Positions 8,503-19,630 of a DNA stretch of 64,000 nucleotides are shown one piece after another. The position numbers and the translations under genes were made by a program. The stretch is from an uncultured bacterium (lineage in GTDB: Bacteria; Krumholzibacteriota; Krumholzibacteriia; LZORAL124-64-63). The notes under the pieces are model-generated. The model searched no databases and was not told where the DNA came from. It saw nothing but the letters and a program-made list of their open reading frames with translations. How positions within the stretch are numbered: the first letter of the stretch is position 1; every line of letters begins with the position of its first letter. Location: NCBI GenBank assembly GCA_963727525.1, contig CAVSGO010000008.1, positions 203,585-267,584 on the forward strand. The letters run 5' to 3'.

Positions 8503-11500
8503 TCAGGCAACCCGGTTCCGAGCATACAGATAATAGGCGAGCGGGATGACCACGATCGTCAGGGCCGTGGACATCAGGCCGCCCATCATGAGCGAGATGG
8601 CCAGCCCCTGGAAGATGGGGTCGAAGACCATCACGAAGCTGCCGGCGATCACCGCGCCGGCCGTGAGGGCGATCGGTAGGAAGCGCACCGCACCCGCCTC
8701 GATCACGGCCTCCTCGAGGGGGAGGCCTTGCTTGATGCGCGCCAGCATGAAGTCGATCAGCAGCACGCTGTTGCGCACCATGATGCCGGCGAGGGCGATC
8801 ACGCCGATCATGCTCGTCGCCGTGAAGAAGGCCCCGAAGATGAGATGGCCGGGGATGATGCCCACCAGCGTGAGCGGGATCGGGATCATCTGCAGCAGGG
8901 GCACCCAGAAGTCCTGGAACATGGCCACGATCAGCAGATAGATGATGACGATCACCACCGCGAAGGCGAAGCCGAGATCGCGGAACACCTCGTACGTGAT
9001 ATGCCACTCGCCGTCCCACTTGAGGGAGTACTGGTCGGTCAGCTCGGGCTGGGACTTGAAGTACTGCTCCATCGTGGTGCCGTCGGGCAGAGTGATCTCG
9101 GCGATGGCCTTCTTCATGTCGAGGATCGCATAGATCGGCGACTCGAGGGCGCCGGCCACGTCGCCGGTGACGTAGACCAGGGGCTTCAGGTTGCGGCGGT
9201 GCCGGCTCTTGGGTAGAGGCGACGCTTCCACCTTCACGAGATCGGCCAGCGGCACCAGGCCGCCGGACTTGCTCCCGACGAAGAGCCCCTGCAGCGACCG
9301 CGTGTCGCTGCGGTCCTCGATCGGCAGGCGAACGGTGATGGGCACCGGCTCGGTGACGTCGTTCAGGTGCACGAGACCCGCGTCCATGCCACCGAGGGCC
9401 ACGGCGAGGGTCTGCGTCACCTGGTCCGAGGCCACGCCGGCCATCGCGGCGCGCTCCTTGTCGACGATGAAGCGATAACGCGTCTGATCGGCTTCGACCC
9501 ACCAGTCGACATCGACCACGCCGTCCGTGCTGTCGAAGATCTCCTTCACCTTCTGCGCCACCTGGATGCGGCCGGCCGCGTCGGGTCCGTAGATCTCGGC
9601 CACGAGCGTTGCCAGCACTGGCGGGCCAGGTGGGACCTCGACCACCTTCACCGCGGCATCATGGCGCGCGGCGATCTCCTGGATCGGCCCGCGCACGCGC
9701 TCGGCGATGGCGTGGCTTTGATCCGACCGCTGCGATTTCTCCACCAGATTCACCTGAAGTTCGGCCACGTTGGCGCCGCGCCGCAGGAAGTAGTGCCTGA
9801 CCAGGCCACTGAAGTTCACCGGGCCCGAGGTGCCGGAGTACACCTGGTAATCGGTGACCTCAGGCACGGTGGTGAGGTACTGACCGATCTCGCGTGCGAC
9901 CTGGGTGGTCGATTCGAGGGTGGTGCCCTCGGGCATGTCGATGACCACCTGGAACTCGCTCTTGTTGTCGAAGGGCAGCATCTTCACCTGCACGGCGCGG
10001 GTGAAGAACAGGAACGTGCTGGCTGCCGTGAGCACCGCCGTGGCCAGGAGCGTGAGCACGGCCTTCCGCGGGCTACGCACCAGTGGACGCATGATCGCGT
10101 TGTAGGTGCGGTAAATGCGCGTGTCGTGCAGGTCGTGGCCGGCGTGGTTCTCGCTGGCCTTGCGGTGCGGCTTGATGAGGCGCAGGGCCAGGTACGGCGA
10201 GATGACGAAGGCCACGAAGAGCGAGAACGCCATGGCCAGCGAGGCGCCGATGGGCATCGGACGCATGTAGGGCCCCATGAGGCCGCGCACGAAGGCCATG
10301 GGGAAGAGCGACGCGATCACCGTGAGGGTGGCGAGGATGGTCGGGTTGCCTATCTCCTCGATCGCCTGGAGGGAGATCTTCACCGACTGCTTGCCCTTCG
10401 CCATGACGTGGCGGTGGATGTTCTCCACCACGATGATCGTATCGTCGACCACCAGACCCGTCACCAGGATGAGGGCGAACAGCGTCACGCGATTCAGCGT
10501 ATAGCCGAAGATGTAATAGATGAACAGCGTGAGCGCGAAGGTCGTGGGAATGGACACGAAGATGATCGTCGCCCCGCGCCAACCCATCGCCAGAAATACC
10601 ACGAGCATGGCCAGCAGGATGGCGTGGCCGAGGCTTTCGATCAGGTGCCAGCCCTTCTCGTTGGCGGTCTTGCCGTAGTCGCGGGTGACGGTCACGTTCA
10701 CGTCGCCCGGGATGAGGCGGCCCTTCAGTTCGTCGACCTTCTTGAGCACCGCCCGCGAGATCCGCGTGGCATCGGTGCCCTTCTTCTTGGCCACCGAGAT
10801 GGTGACGGCCGGCGCTTCGTGCCCCGGCTCGTACTCGTCGCCCAGGCCGACCTCGTCAGCCCGCGGCCCGGTGCCGAAGAAGACGTAGCTGTCGATCTCG
10901 GCAGGACCGTCGCTCACCGTGGCCACATCGCTCAGGTGCACCGGCTGGCCGCCGTGCACGCCCACGACGAGGTCGGCCACGTCCTGCGCGCTGCGCACGA
11001 AGGCGCCGGTCTCCACCGAGAACTCCTGGTTCGCCGTCGCGAACGAGCCGGCGGGCAGGTCCTGGTTCTGCATCTGCAGCGCCGGGATCACGGAGAGCGT
11101 GGTCACGCCCATGGCGGCCAGGCGCTGCGGGTCGAGTTGCACGCGCACGGCGCGGCGGCGGCCACCGTGCGTCTCGACCACCGACACGTTCTCGACCGAG
11201 GCGATCTCGGCCTTCAGCTCGTCGGAGATCTGACGCAGGCCGTACGCATCGTAATGGTCGCTCCATAGCGTCAGCGCCAGGATGGGCACGTCGTCGATCG
11301 CGCGCACCTTGATCAGAGGTTGCATGGCTCCGGGCGGCGCCTCGTCCATGTTGCCCAGAATCTTGTTCCAGATGCGCGTGACGGCCTCGTCCATGTCGGT
11401 GCCCACGTAGTAGCGGGCCGTGACCATGGCGAAGCCCGGGTAGCTGGCGCTATAGACGTACTCGACGCCCTCGATCTCCCACACCTTCTGCTCGAGAGGC

Positions 11501-11775
11501 CTGGTCACGAGATTCTCGACCTCGGCCGGATCGGCACCGGGGAAGGGCACCATGACGTCGATCATCGGCACGACGATCTGGGGCTCCTCCTCCCGCGGCG
11601 TCAGCATCACGGCGAAGCCGCCGATGAGCAGCATGGCCACGACCATGAGCGGCGTCAGCTTGGAGTCGATGAACGTGTGGGCCAGCCGGGTCATCAGTCC
11701 GGCGTGCGGCGGCATCACGTTCTCGGAGTGCAACGAACCGTCGTCCGGCAGATTGCGCGGGTTCTCGTGGCTCAT
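8503..11775 (-). CDS. RND efflux transporter permease subunit
   Basis: 1090 aa; PREEEPQIVVP, GLVVDDTIIVVENIHR, R.LPI.LTA motifs. Confidence 0.95.
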   Translation of the reverse strand: MSHENPRNLPDDGSLHSENVMPPHAGLMTRLAHTFIDSKLTPLMVVAMLLIGGFAVMLTPREEEPQIVVPMIDVMVPFPGADPAEVENLVTRPLEQKVWEIEGVEYVYSASYPGFAMVTARYYVGTDMDEAVTRIWNKILGNMDEAPPGAMQPLIKVRAIDDVPILALTLWSDHYDAYGLRQISDELKAEIASVENVSVVETHGGRRRAVRVQLDPQRLAAMGVTTLSVIPALQMQNQDLPAGSFATANQEFSVETGAFVRSAQDVADLVVGVHGGQPVHLSDVATVSDGPAEIDSYVFFGTGPRADEVGLGDEYEPGHEAPAVTISVAKKKGTDATRISRAVLKKVDELKGRLIPGDVNVTVTRDYGKTANEKGWHLIESLGHAILLAMLVVFLAMGWRGATIIFVSIPTTFALTLFIYYIFGYTLNRVTLFALILVTGLVVDDTIIVVENIHRHVMAKGKQSVKISLQAIEEIGNPTILATLTVIASLFPMAFVRGLMGPYMRPMPIGASLAMAFSLFVAFVISPYLALRLIKPHRKASENHAGHDLHDTRIYRTYNAIMRPLVRSPRKAVLTLLATAVLTAASTFLFFTRAVQVKMLPFDNKSEFQVVIDMPEGTTLESTTQVAREIGQYLTTVPEVTDYQVYSGTSGPVNFSGLVRHYFLRRGANVAELQVNLVEKSQRSDQSHAIAERVRGPIQEIAARHDAAVKVVEVPPGPPVLATLVAEIYGPDAAGRIQVAQKVKEIFDSTDGVVDVDWWVEADQTRYRFIVDKERAAMAGVASDQVTQTLAVALGGMDAGLVHLNDVTEPVPITVRLPIEDRSDTRSLQGLFVGSKSGGLVPLADLVKVEASPLPKSRHRRNLKPLVYVTGDVAGALESPIYAILDMKKAIAEITLPDGTTMEQYFKSQPELTDQYSLKWDGEWHITYEVFRDLGFAFAVVIVIIYLLIVAMFQDFWVPLLQMIPIPLTLVGIIPGHLIFGAFFTATSMIGVIALAGIMVRNSVLLIDFMLARIKQGLPLEEAVIEAGAVRFLPIALTAGAVIAGSFVMVFDPIFQGLAISLMMGGLMSTALTIVVIPLAYYLYARNRVA

Positions 11776-11776
11776 C

Positions 11777-12859
11777 CTACCTCACCACCCTGTCGCCCTC
11801 GGTGAGGGGCTGCTCGGAAGTGAGCACCACGGTCTCGCTGCCGGTCAAGCCGGAGATCACCTCGACCCTGTCGTCGAAGGTGCGGCCCGTGCGGATCCAG
11901 TGGAGGTGCGCGATGCCGTCGTTGTCCACTGTCCACACGCCGGTGAGCTGGCCGCGCGTCATGATCGCGGCTTTCGGCACGAGCACCGCCGCGCGCGTGC
12001 CCACGGGCACGAGCACCCGCGCGAACATGCCACTCTTGAGCTGACCATCGGTGTTGGGCAGGTAGGCCTGGAGGTCGTAGGTGTGGCTCATGGTGTTGGC
12101 CGCCGGCACGACGCGCGCCACCGGCACCGTGAACGGGGCGATCGGCAGGGAGGGGATCTCCACGGTCACGCGCTCACCGCCCTTGACGAGATCGACATCG
12201 CGCTCGCTGAGGCCGGCCGTCACCTTCATCGTGCCCACCTGCTCCAGCGTCAGCAGCGGTTGGCCCGGGTTGGCCATATCCCCCGGATCCACCATGCGCC
12301 GCACCACCGTGCCATCGACCGGCGCCTTGATCGCGAGGTAGCTGAGCTGCATGTCGATCTCGGCCAGCGCGGCCCTGGCCTGCGCGAGGCCCGCGGCCGC
12401 CTGGTCGCGGCCGGTGTGCACGTCGTCGAGGCGCGCCTTGGAAACCGACTTCTGCTCGTACAGCTTCTCGAAACGCGCGACGTTGGTGCCGGCATTCTCG
12501 AGCACCGCCTTCGCCGCGTCGATCCCGGTCTCGGCCTGCTTGCGCCGTGCCTGCAGGTCGGTGTCGCCGATCTGGACGAGCAGTTCGCCCTTGCGTACGA
12601 CCGTGCCCTCACGTACCGGGACGGCCGTGATCCAGCCCATCAGGCGCGTGCTCACCTGTACGGTGTTCTCGCCCGCGAGGCTGCCGGAGGCCGAGACGTA
12701 CTGGGGCACGTCGGTCTTCTGCGCCACGGCGACCGTGGCCTTCACGTCCCTGGATTCTCGCTTCGCGACCTCGTGACCGCCACCGCAGCCGGCGACGACG
12801 ACCAGGAGAGTGGTGGCGACGGCGACGGCGAAACGTCGCGACATCTGGGTGGTCATCAC
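11777..12859 (-). CDS. RND periplasmic adaptor (MFP), lipoprotein
   Basis: VAGC lipobox, VREG..VRKGELLV, IKAPVDGTV, LKSGMF. Confidence 0.93.
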   Translation of the reverse strand: MMTTQMSRRFAVAVATTLLVVVAGCGGGHEVAKRESRDVKATVAVAQKTDVPQYVSASGSLAGENTVQVSTRLMGWITAVPVREGTVVRKGELLVQIGDTDLQARRKQAETGIDAAKAVLENAGTNVARFEKLYEQKSVSKARLDDVHTGRDQAAAGLAQARAALAEIDMQLSYLAIKAPVDGTVVRRMVDPGDMANPGQPLLTLEQVGTMKVTAGLSERDVDLVKGGERVTVEIPSLPIAPFTVPVARVVPAANTMSHTYDLQAYLPNTDGQLKSGMFARVLVPVGTRAAVLVPKAAIMTRGQLTGVWTVDNDGIAHLHWIRTGRTFDDRVEVISGLTGSETVVLTSEQPLTEGDRVVR

Positions 12860-14252
12860 TTCCGTCCTCCTTCTCGAGCGGGGCTGCCGGCGGCGAACGT
12901 CAGGCGCGCCAGGCTGAGATTGTAGTCGTGCTGCGCCTGCACCAGACCGCCCTCGGCCTGGATGTCGGCGGCCTGGACATCGAGCAGGTCGACCATGGAG
13001 GTGAGACCCTCGGTATACTGATTGGTGATGATGCGCAGGCTCTCGCGCGCGGCCGCCACCGCGTCGTGCGCCACGTCGAGCTTTGCGGCGGCGGCTTTAC
13101 GTCGCGCCAGGCCTGGATCGCCTCGAATCGCGCCTGCCGCGCCATGAAGTCGTACTGGTATTCGACCGCGCGCTTCTGGGCCTTGGCCTTGCGCACGGCC
13201 GAGACGTTTTGCAGGCCCTTGAAGAGATCCCACGTGCCGTAGACACCCAGCGACCAGCTCCGGGCATCGCCACCGAACATGGTGTTCTGACTGATATAGT
13301 CGCGCTGCAGTCCGAGGTTCACATGCGGCACCATGGCGCCCGTCGCCACGTGGACCATGCGCCGCGCGGCGCGCACCTGCTCGGACACGGCCAGCAGATC
13401 GGAGCGGCTTTCCACGCCGGCCAGCTCGGGCGGGGCGGGCATGGCGGCCGCCGCAACCTGCGGCGCGGCCGCGATGGGCAGCGGGATGGTGGTGGCGGTG
13501 AGCATCTGCACGGCGTCGCCGGCCGCGGCCAGCTGATTGCGCACGGTGATCTGCTGCTGCTGCAACGCAGCCAGGAATACCCGCGCCTGCAAGAGATCGG
13601 CCTCGGTGGCCATCTCGGCCTCGACCATGCTGCGCGCCTGCTGCGCGTGCGCCTCGGCGCTGCGCAGCGCGGATGCGATCACCTCGTCGTACGCCCGCGC
13701 CAGGGTGAGCCCTTCGTAGACCTCGTTGGCCTGGAGCCGGACGGTCTCGGCGGCCCGCCGGTGCTGGTACTCGGCGGCGCGGCTCATGGCGTTGGCGGCT
13801 TGCTTGCCGAACGTGGCCATGCCCCCGTTGAAGATCGGCTGCATGAGCTGCAGGCGGGTGAGCCACATGTTGATCTCACCCGGATGGTTCAGGACGTCCG
13901 GCGCGAAGTCGGAGGGCTGCGCGTTGCGGGCGGTGAGCTTGTAGCCAAACGCGCTGAGTGCGTCGTCCGAACGCATGAAGAACTCGTTCACCGACACGCG
14001 CGGCAGGAAGCCCGACCAGGCCCCGGCAGCGTCGGCGGCGGCAGCGTCGGCCATGGCGCCGGCCGATGCGAGCATCTCGTTGTGTGTGAGAGACGCGTCG
14101 ATCAACCGGTCGAGTTCGACGAACAACGTGTCGCCGCGGACCTGGCCCAGGCTGGACCAGTCGGCCGTGGCGGGCGTGTCATCGGCGAACGCCAGGGTGG
14201 CGCCCACCAGGAACGCCGCGCCGAGCAGCGGCGTCATCCAGATTCGCTTCAT
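12856..14252 (-). pseudogene. TolC-family outer-membrane efflux protein with a 1-bp frameshift near 13096 (real or sequencing error)
   Basis: N-terminal part in frame 14252, C-terminus (ARESLRIITNQYTEGLTSMVDLLDVQ) in frame 12856; junction GAC GTA AAG CCG CCG. Confidence 0.85.
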
Positions 14253-14264
14253 GGTGGACCTCGT

Positions 14265-14474
14265 TCAGCTCGATTTGGCCGGCACCGTGGCCGGCACGCC
14301 CATCTTCTTGAGGATCGTGATGAGGGGGCACCAGTTGGTGAAGGCGCTCTGTAGGAGGTTTAGCCCGACGAACGCGGTGAAGTACAGCCAATTCGGGCTC
14401 ACGAACCTGGCGAGGACGAGGCTCAGGAGCACGAGGGTGCCCGCCACGGCTCGGACGACGCGGTCTATGGTCAT
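14265..14474 (-). CDS. DUF2892 / YgaP-like membrane protein
   Basis: RVVRAVAG...[16 protein letters not shown] motif. Confidence 0.9.
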   Translation of the reverse strand: MTIDRVVRAVAGTLVLLSLVLARFVSPNWLYFTAFVGLNLLQSAFTNWCPLITILKKMGVPATVPAKSS

Positions 14475-14515
14475 GACGATTCCCTTTCCGGTTCGACGTG
14501 AATCTGGCAAAGATC

Positions 14516-14573
14516 GTAGTTTCGAAAATTCTAAACTGCGCCATAATCTAGATTGTTGTCGGACGGAAAGCAA
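14516..14573 (-). promoter_or_regulatory. Sigma70-like promoter with adjacent palindromic operator
   Basis: Minus strand TTGCTT-N17-TAGATT (14573-14545); palindrome AGTTTCGAA-AA-TTCTAAACT (14518-14537) at the predicted +1. Confidence 0.6.
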
Positions 14574-14692
14574 GGGACCACGAGAAAAAAATCGTCGCCC
14601 CGGGGCGGGGGCGACGAACAACTTGTCGCAACATGATTTCGGGGTTTTCTTGCCCGCATCCCGTCGGACCCGGATCCAGAGGAGACCCTCGC

Positions 14693-15652
14693 ATGAGCGA
14701 CCAGATACAGCGCGAAGTCCTGATCGCGGCCCCCCGCGGCTTCTGCGCCGGGGTGGAGAGGGCCATCGAGGTGGTGGACCGATTGCTCGCGATACATGGC
14801 ACCCCAGTCTATGTCCGCAAGGAGATCGTCCATAACAAAGCGGTCGTGGACGGGTTTCGCAAACGCGGTGTCATCTTCATCGACGACCTCGACGAGGCGC
14901 CGGATGGGGCGACGGTCGTGTTCAGCGCCCATGGCATCGCACCTCAGGTTCGCGAGGACGCGCAGCGGCGCGGCCTGCGCACGATCGACGCCACCTGCCC
15001 CCTCGTGACGCGCGTCCATCGCTCGGTGCTGAAGCAAGCCGGCCAGGGGCGCACGATCGTGCTCATCGGTCACGCTGGTCACGACGAGGTGATCGGCACG
15101 ATGGGCGAGGCGCCGGGCCGGGTGCGGCTCGTGGAATCCGTGGGTGACGTCGCCGCCCTCGACGTCGCCGATGACGAGGAGTTGGCCTACGTCACCCAGA
15201 CGACTCTGAGCGTCGATGAGACCGAGGCCATAGTCGCGGCCCTGAAGGCGCGCTTTCCCCACCTCGTTGTGCCGCTCCGCAGCGACATCTGTTACGCCAC
15301 CCAGAACCGTCAGGACGCGGTGAAGCAGCTGCTCGACGAGGGCGTTAGCCACCTGCTCGTGGTGGGCTCGCGCAACAGCAGCAACAGCGTGCGTCTTTGC
15401 GAGGTGGCGCAGCGGCGCGACTGCGAGGCGACGCTCGTGGACGGGCCCGATCAGGTCGACGTGGCGGCCCTGCGCCACCACCGGACCCTCGGCTTGTCGG
15501 CAGGCGCCTCGGCACCGGAGCATCTCGTGCAAGCGGTGGTGGACAAGCTGGCGGCAGCCGGATGGTCGCCGCGCGAAGTGGCTGTCATGAATGAAGATGT
15601 GAAATTCTCGGCGCCCAGGGAGCTTCTCGCGTTCGAACGGGAAACCCCGTAG
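14693..15652 (+). CDS. ispH: 4-hydroxy-3-methylbut-2-enyl diphosphate reductase
   Basis: [53 protein letters not shown]. Confidence 0.97.
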   Translation: MSDQIQREVLIAAPRGFCAGVERAIEVVDRLLAIHGTPVYVRKEIVHNKAVVDGFRKRGVIFIDDLDEAPDGATVVFSAHGIAPQVREDAQRRGLRTIDATCPLVTRVHRSVLKQAGQGRTIVLIGHAGHDEVIGTMGEAPGRVRLVESVGDVAALDVADDEELAYVTQTTLSVDETEAIVAALKARFPHLVVPLRSDICYATQNRQDAVKQLLDEGVSHLLVVGSRNSSNSVRLCEVAQRRDCEATLVDGPDQVDVAALRHHRTLGLSAGASAPEHLVQAVVDKLAAAGWSPREVAVMNEDVKFSAPRELLAFERETP

Positions 15653-15793
15653 CTATGAAGATATGAATTAAAATAGCTTTGACATCCTGAAGTGATATGA
15701 TTTTCGTGAGGGGGCGATCCTGAGGGGTCACCTTCAGGTCTCTTGTGCGACGAGCATTCCTCCGTGGCAATCCTTCAGCGACGAGGCGCGACG

Positions 15794-16114
15794 ATGGACC
15801 GCAAGATCTATGAACTGCAGGCCGAGCTCTGCAAGACGCTCTCCAACCCCAAGCGGCTCGAAATCCTCGATATTCTCAAGCACGAGGGTGAGATCACCGT
15901 GAACGCCCTGGCCGAGCAGCTGGAGATCCCCAAGGCCAATACGAGCCAGCATCTCGCGGTGCTGCGGCAGGCCGGCGTGGTGTACACCCGACGCGACGGG
16001 ATCAACGTGTACTACAGTCTGCGCTCGGAACGCATCAGCGAGGCCTGTTCCGTGACGCGGCAGATCCTGCTCGAGCGCCTCGAGGAACAGATGTCGCTCA
16101 TGAAGGACGAATGA
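15794..16114 (+). CDS. ArsR/SmtB-family regulator with two Cys
   Basis: ELCKTLSNPKRLEIL...SQHLAVLRQAGVV..RRDG..VYYSL...EACS. Confidence 0.9.
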   Translation: MDRKIYELQAELCKTLSNPKRLEILDILKHEGEITVNALAEQLEIPKANTSQHLAVLRQAGVVYTRRDGINVYYSLRSERISEACSVTRQILLERLEEQMSLMKDE

Positions 16115-16120
16115 TCCCGG

Positions 16121-19100
16121 CTAGAAGCTCGCCGCGCGCGAATCGGGAGTTTCCGTCGCGCGCCACCAGGCGGTCACCAGGCCGTCGATCTCTCCCGGCG
16201 CGAGATGACCCGCGCCAATCGCATCCCGCATTGCCGCCGCCACCCTCGCCAGCACCTCATCGCGCGTCAGGCGCGGGCGATCGTCCAGTTCGCCGCGCTC
16301 CCGCAGCGTGGTCTCGAGCTCATCGATGAGCGAACGCCGCAGGTTGGACACGCGACCGTCGCGCAGGGCGGCGACGAGTGTGGCCGCGTCGCCACCGACG
16401 TCGTCGATGAGCGCCTCGATCTCCGCCAACTTGGTGCTGCGCGCCACGGCGCCGCAGGCGGCGAGCGACGCCCGGGTGACGGCCCGGCCGCGGCCCTCCG
16501 CCCGCGCGGCCAGGAACGCCGCCAGCGCGTCGGCCCTGACCGTCAGACGTCGCATCTGCATCCCGCCCGGCCCCGTGGCCCCGTCGCCGGCCGCGTCGGC
16601 GAGCGCCGCGAACGCGCCCCACGTGCGGGCGCCGCTCCGCAGGGCGACGTGCAACGCCGCGAGGTCGTCGCTCAGCAGGTAGTAGAGGTGGGCCCGGGTG
16701 ACGGGCGCATGGACATCGAGGCTCTCCACGCGCAGGCGCCGGGCGTACTGCGGCGGGTCGAGCCCGTCGGGCGCCGGGATCTCCGGGGGGACGGCCGCGG
16801 CGAGCGCCGCCAGCGGCGGAAGCTGCGCCTCGGCGCGGATCACCCCGAGGTCGGTGACCGGCGCGGGTGGCAGGTCCGCGGCGGCGAGCGCCCGCTGCCA
16901 GGTGGCGATGGTCTCGGGATGCGCCGTGAGCACGACGAGCTGGCGACCGTCGCGCTTGACCATGTCGATCAGGCTGGCCGCCACCGCGGCGGCGCGCCGG
17001 GGATCGCTCGCCGATAGCGCCTCGTCCAGCAGCAGCGGCAACGGTTCGCCGCGCTCGATGTCCACGACGAAGGCCAGGCGCGCCGCGAGCAGGAGCTGGG
17101 CGCGCGTACCGTCGGACAGCTCCCGCAAACGCAGCGGCCGCTGCGTCTCCCGATCGCGTGCGCGGAATCCGTCGTCGTGCACCGCGAGCGCGTAGCGACC
17201 CGCAGTGAAGAGAGTGAACAGGGTGCTGGCTTCCGCGAGCACGGCGGGCAGGCTACGGCGTTCGTGTTCCTGGGCCACGGTGTCCAGGAGGAGATGCGCC
17301 AGAGCGTTGTCCTCGTGTGTGCGTACCACGCGGGCCAGGTTCGACACGGCGGCCGCGACGGCGGCAGTCGCGTTCTGCAGGCGCGACTGGCGGCGCGCCT
17401 GGGCGATGGCGCCGTCGATCTCCCCGTACCGTTTCTGGAGCGCCGCGGACTGGTCGGCCTGGGCGGCCAGCGCGGCGCGCTGCGTGGCGCGCGTGACGTC
17501 GTCGCTCGCGGCGGCTGCGAGAGCGTCGTCGCGGTACGGGCCGAGAGCATCGATCTCGTCTTCGGCGAGGGATACCGCGGCCGTGGCGGCCCGGTGGTCG
17601 GCGGCGGTGGCGAGGTAGGTGTCGCGCTGGGCGAGCAGGCGATCGAGGTCCGCGACGGCGCCCGGCGCTAGGTCCAGATTCGCGAAGAGCGCGGCGATCG
17701 ACGCGTGGATGTCGTTGAGACGCGCGCGGGCCGCATCGGCGAGGGCCGACTGCGACGCGAGGTCGCGCGTCGCGTCGCGATGCTGCTGGGCACGCTGCGC
17801 GAGGTCAGCCAGGGCGGCGTTGGTGGCAAGAGCGTCGGTGGCAAGAGCGTTGGTGGGTTGCGCAACGCCGTGCCGGGCGAGGAATTGCGCCAGCTCCGCC
17901 AGGATCGCGTCGCGCTCGGCCCGGGCGGTGACCACGCGGGCGGCCGCGGCAGCTTCCTCGTGACGGGCCTCGTGGACGGCGGCGATGCGCGGCAGCAGCT
18001 CCGCCAGCTCGAGACCGCCCGTCTCGGGCTCGAGGCCGTGCTGTAGCGCCAGTGCGCGCCGCGCGGCACGCTGCGCCCGGCGCTGTTCGTCGACCCGCGT
18101 GCGCTCCGCCTGCAGGCCAGCGCGCCAATTGCGCCGAAGTTCGCGCTCGGCGGCGTCCGCCAGCTCGGCGTTCAGCGCGAGTAGGCGGCGCACCACGTCG
18201 TCGCGCCGCCACGACGTCGGCTCGGGCAGTCCGGTCTCCCGGTAGGCTTGCTGCGCGACGCGTCGCTGCGCGCGTGCGGCTGTCCGCGGCCACAGGGCGG
18301 CGACGATCGCGACCGTACCGCCGGCCAGCACCAGCCATCCCCGCGGTCCGGTATGCCAAAGCCGCGCCATCATGCCGGCGGCGACCACGGCCACGCCACT
18401 CAGGACCACGATGCCCCGGCGCCAGTCGCGCGCCGTGGCGTCGGGCGCGGCCAGCCAGCGCGTGAGGGCTCCGCTGGCATCGCGTAACCGCGCCTCCTCG
18501 CCATCCTCGCCGTCGGGACCGTCGCCGACGAGATCGGGGCGGGCGAGCAGCGTCGCCAGGGCTTCGCCGCGCGCACCCAGCTCCGCATCCTGGCGCAGTT
18601 CGCGCCTCGCCTCGTCGATGGCCTCGATGGACACCGGCGCGTGTGGCGCCTCGTGCCAGGGTGGGCCGAGCTGGCGACCGCGCTCGGCGGCAGCCGCCAC
18701 GGCCGCGTCATGCTCGCGCTCCAGGCGTGCGACGTCGGCCGCGGACGTCTGCAATGCCTGGCCGCGTTGCTGGGCGACGCGCAGATCCGCTTCGGGCGGC
18801 GGCGCGGCGGCGAAACCGGCGGTGCCCATCGCCTGGCGCGCATGCTCGCCCGCCGCCAGCGCGGTCGTGAGGCGCTCGTTGTTCTGATCGCGCTCGCGCG
18901 CCAGATCCTCCCAGCGTGCGTGTTCCTGGCCGTGGAGGCGCTCCAGCACGGCGGGCATGGCGTCAAGGCGCCGCCGGGCCTCGGCTGCACGCGTGCGGGC
19001 GGCGGCGAGGCGATCGGCGGCGTCGAGAACCCGCAACCGCGCGGCGGCGTTGTCGGCCGCCCGGATCTGCGCGTCGAGGTCGGCAAGCGCATCCTCGTCG

Positions 19101-19630
19101 GCGGCGAGGCTGCGCAGGTCGTCCTGGACGACGTGCAGCTCGCTGCGGGTCTGGCCGAGAACAACAGTCTCGTGCAGACGCCGCGCCGAGACGCGCATCC
19201 CATCGGACTCGCGCAGGGTCGCCAGATCGTAGCCGCCGGCCATGCGGCTGCGGATCTCGCGGACCAGCGCCTCGTCGTCGGCATCGGGCCCGCTCTTGTG
19301 CAGATCGAGCAGGCCGAGGTGATAGGCTGCGCGCAGCGGGCTCGCGGGCAGCACGGGCGGCGCTCCCCCGTCGGTCGCGCTCCAGCTGGTGGTGGCCGTA
19401 CCCTCGCGCGCGGCATGCCAGGTGCGCGTGCCCGCCTGGAACGTGGCTGTGACCTCGCGACGGGGATCGGGGCGACCGTCCGGGAAGAGCAGGGCGAGGA
19501 CCGCGCGGCAGGTGGAACTCTTGCCGCTGCCGTTGGCGCCCTGGATCAGATTCACGCCCGCCGCGAGGGTGAGGTCGAATGCCGTGTCGATGCCCGGCAG
19601 ACGCCGGATGGAGAGCTTACGCAGATCCAT
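16121..19630 (-). CDS. YhaN-like SMC/Rad50-type AAA ATPase
   Basis: Walker A GANGSGKS, long coiled coil, LSDGTRAQL signature, LLLDEAL Walker B; start ATG 19630. Confidence 0.85.
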   Translation of the reverse strand: MDLRKLSIRRLPGIDTAFDLTLAAGVNLIQGANGSGKSSTCRAVLALLFPDGRPDPRREVTATFQAGTRTWHAAREGTATTSWSATDGGAPPVLPASPLRAAYHLGLLDLHKSGPDADDEALVREIRSRMAGGYDLATLRESDGMRVSARRLHETVVLGQTRSELHVVQDDLRSLAADEDALADLDAQIRAADNAAARLRVLDAADRLAAARTRAAEARRRLDAMPAVLERLHGQEHARWEDLARERDQNNERLTTALAAGEHARQAMGTAGFAAAPPPEADLRVAQQRGQALQTSAADVARLEREHDAAVAAAAERGRQLGPPWHEAPHAPVSIEAIDEARRELRQDAELGARGEALATLLARPDLVGDGPDGEDGEEARLRDASGALTRWLAAPDATARDWRRGIVVLSGVAVVAAGMMARLWHTGPRGWLVLAGGTVAIVAALWPRTAARAQRRVAQQAYRETGLPEPTSWRRDDVVRRLLALNAELADAAERELRRNWRAGLQAERTRVDEQRRAQRAARRALALQHGLEPETGGLELAELLPRIAAVHEARHEEAAAAARVVTARAERDAILAELAQFLARHGVAQPTNALATDALATNAALADLAQRAQQHRDATRDLASQSALADAARARLNDIHASIAALFANLDLAPGAVADLDRLLAQRDTYLATAADHRAATAAVSLAEDEIDALGPYRDDALAAAASDDVTRATQRAALAAQADQSAALQKRYGEIDGAIAQARRQSRLQNATAAVAAAVSNLARVVRTHEDNALAHLLLDTVAQEHERRSLPAVLAEASTLFTLFTAGRYALAVHDDGFRARDRETQRPLRLRELSDGTRAQLLLAARLAFVVDIERGEPLPLLLDEALSASDPRRAAAVAASLIDMVKRDGRQLVVLTAHPETIATWQRALAAADLPPAPVTDLGVIRAEAQLPPLAALAAAVPPEIPAPDGLDPPQYARRLRVESLDVHAPVTRAHLYYLLSDDLAALHVALRSGARTWGAFAALADAAGDGATGPGGMQMRRLTVRADALAAFLAARAEGRGRAVTRASLAACGAVARSTKLAEIEALIDDVGGDAATLVAALRDGRVSNLRRSLIDELETTLRERGELDDRPRLTRDEVLARVAAAMRDAIGAGHLAPGEIDGLVTAWWRATETPDSRAASF

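Noticed and set aside
15679-15701. TTGACA...TATGAT promoter before the ArsR gene
   Set aside because: Spacer is only 11 bp
17817-17856. 15-bp tandem repeat (TNALA-TDALA-TNAAL) in the ATPase
   Set aside because: In-frame micro-duplication in a coiled-coil region; no evidence of function
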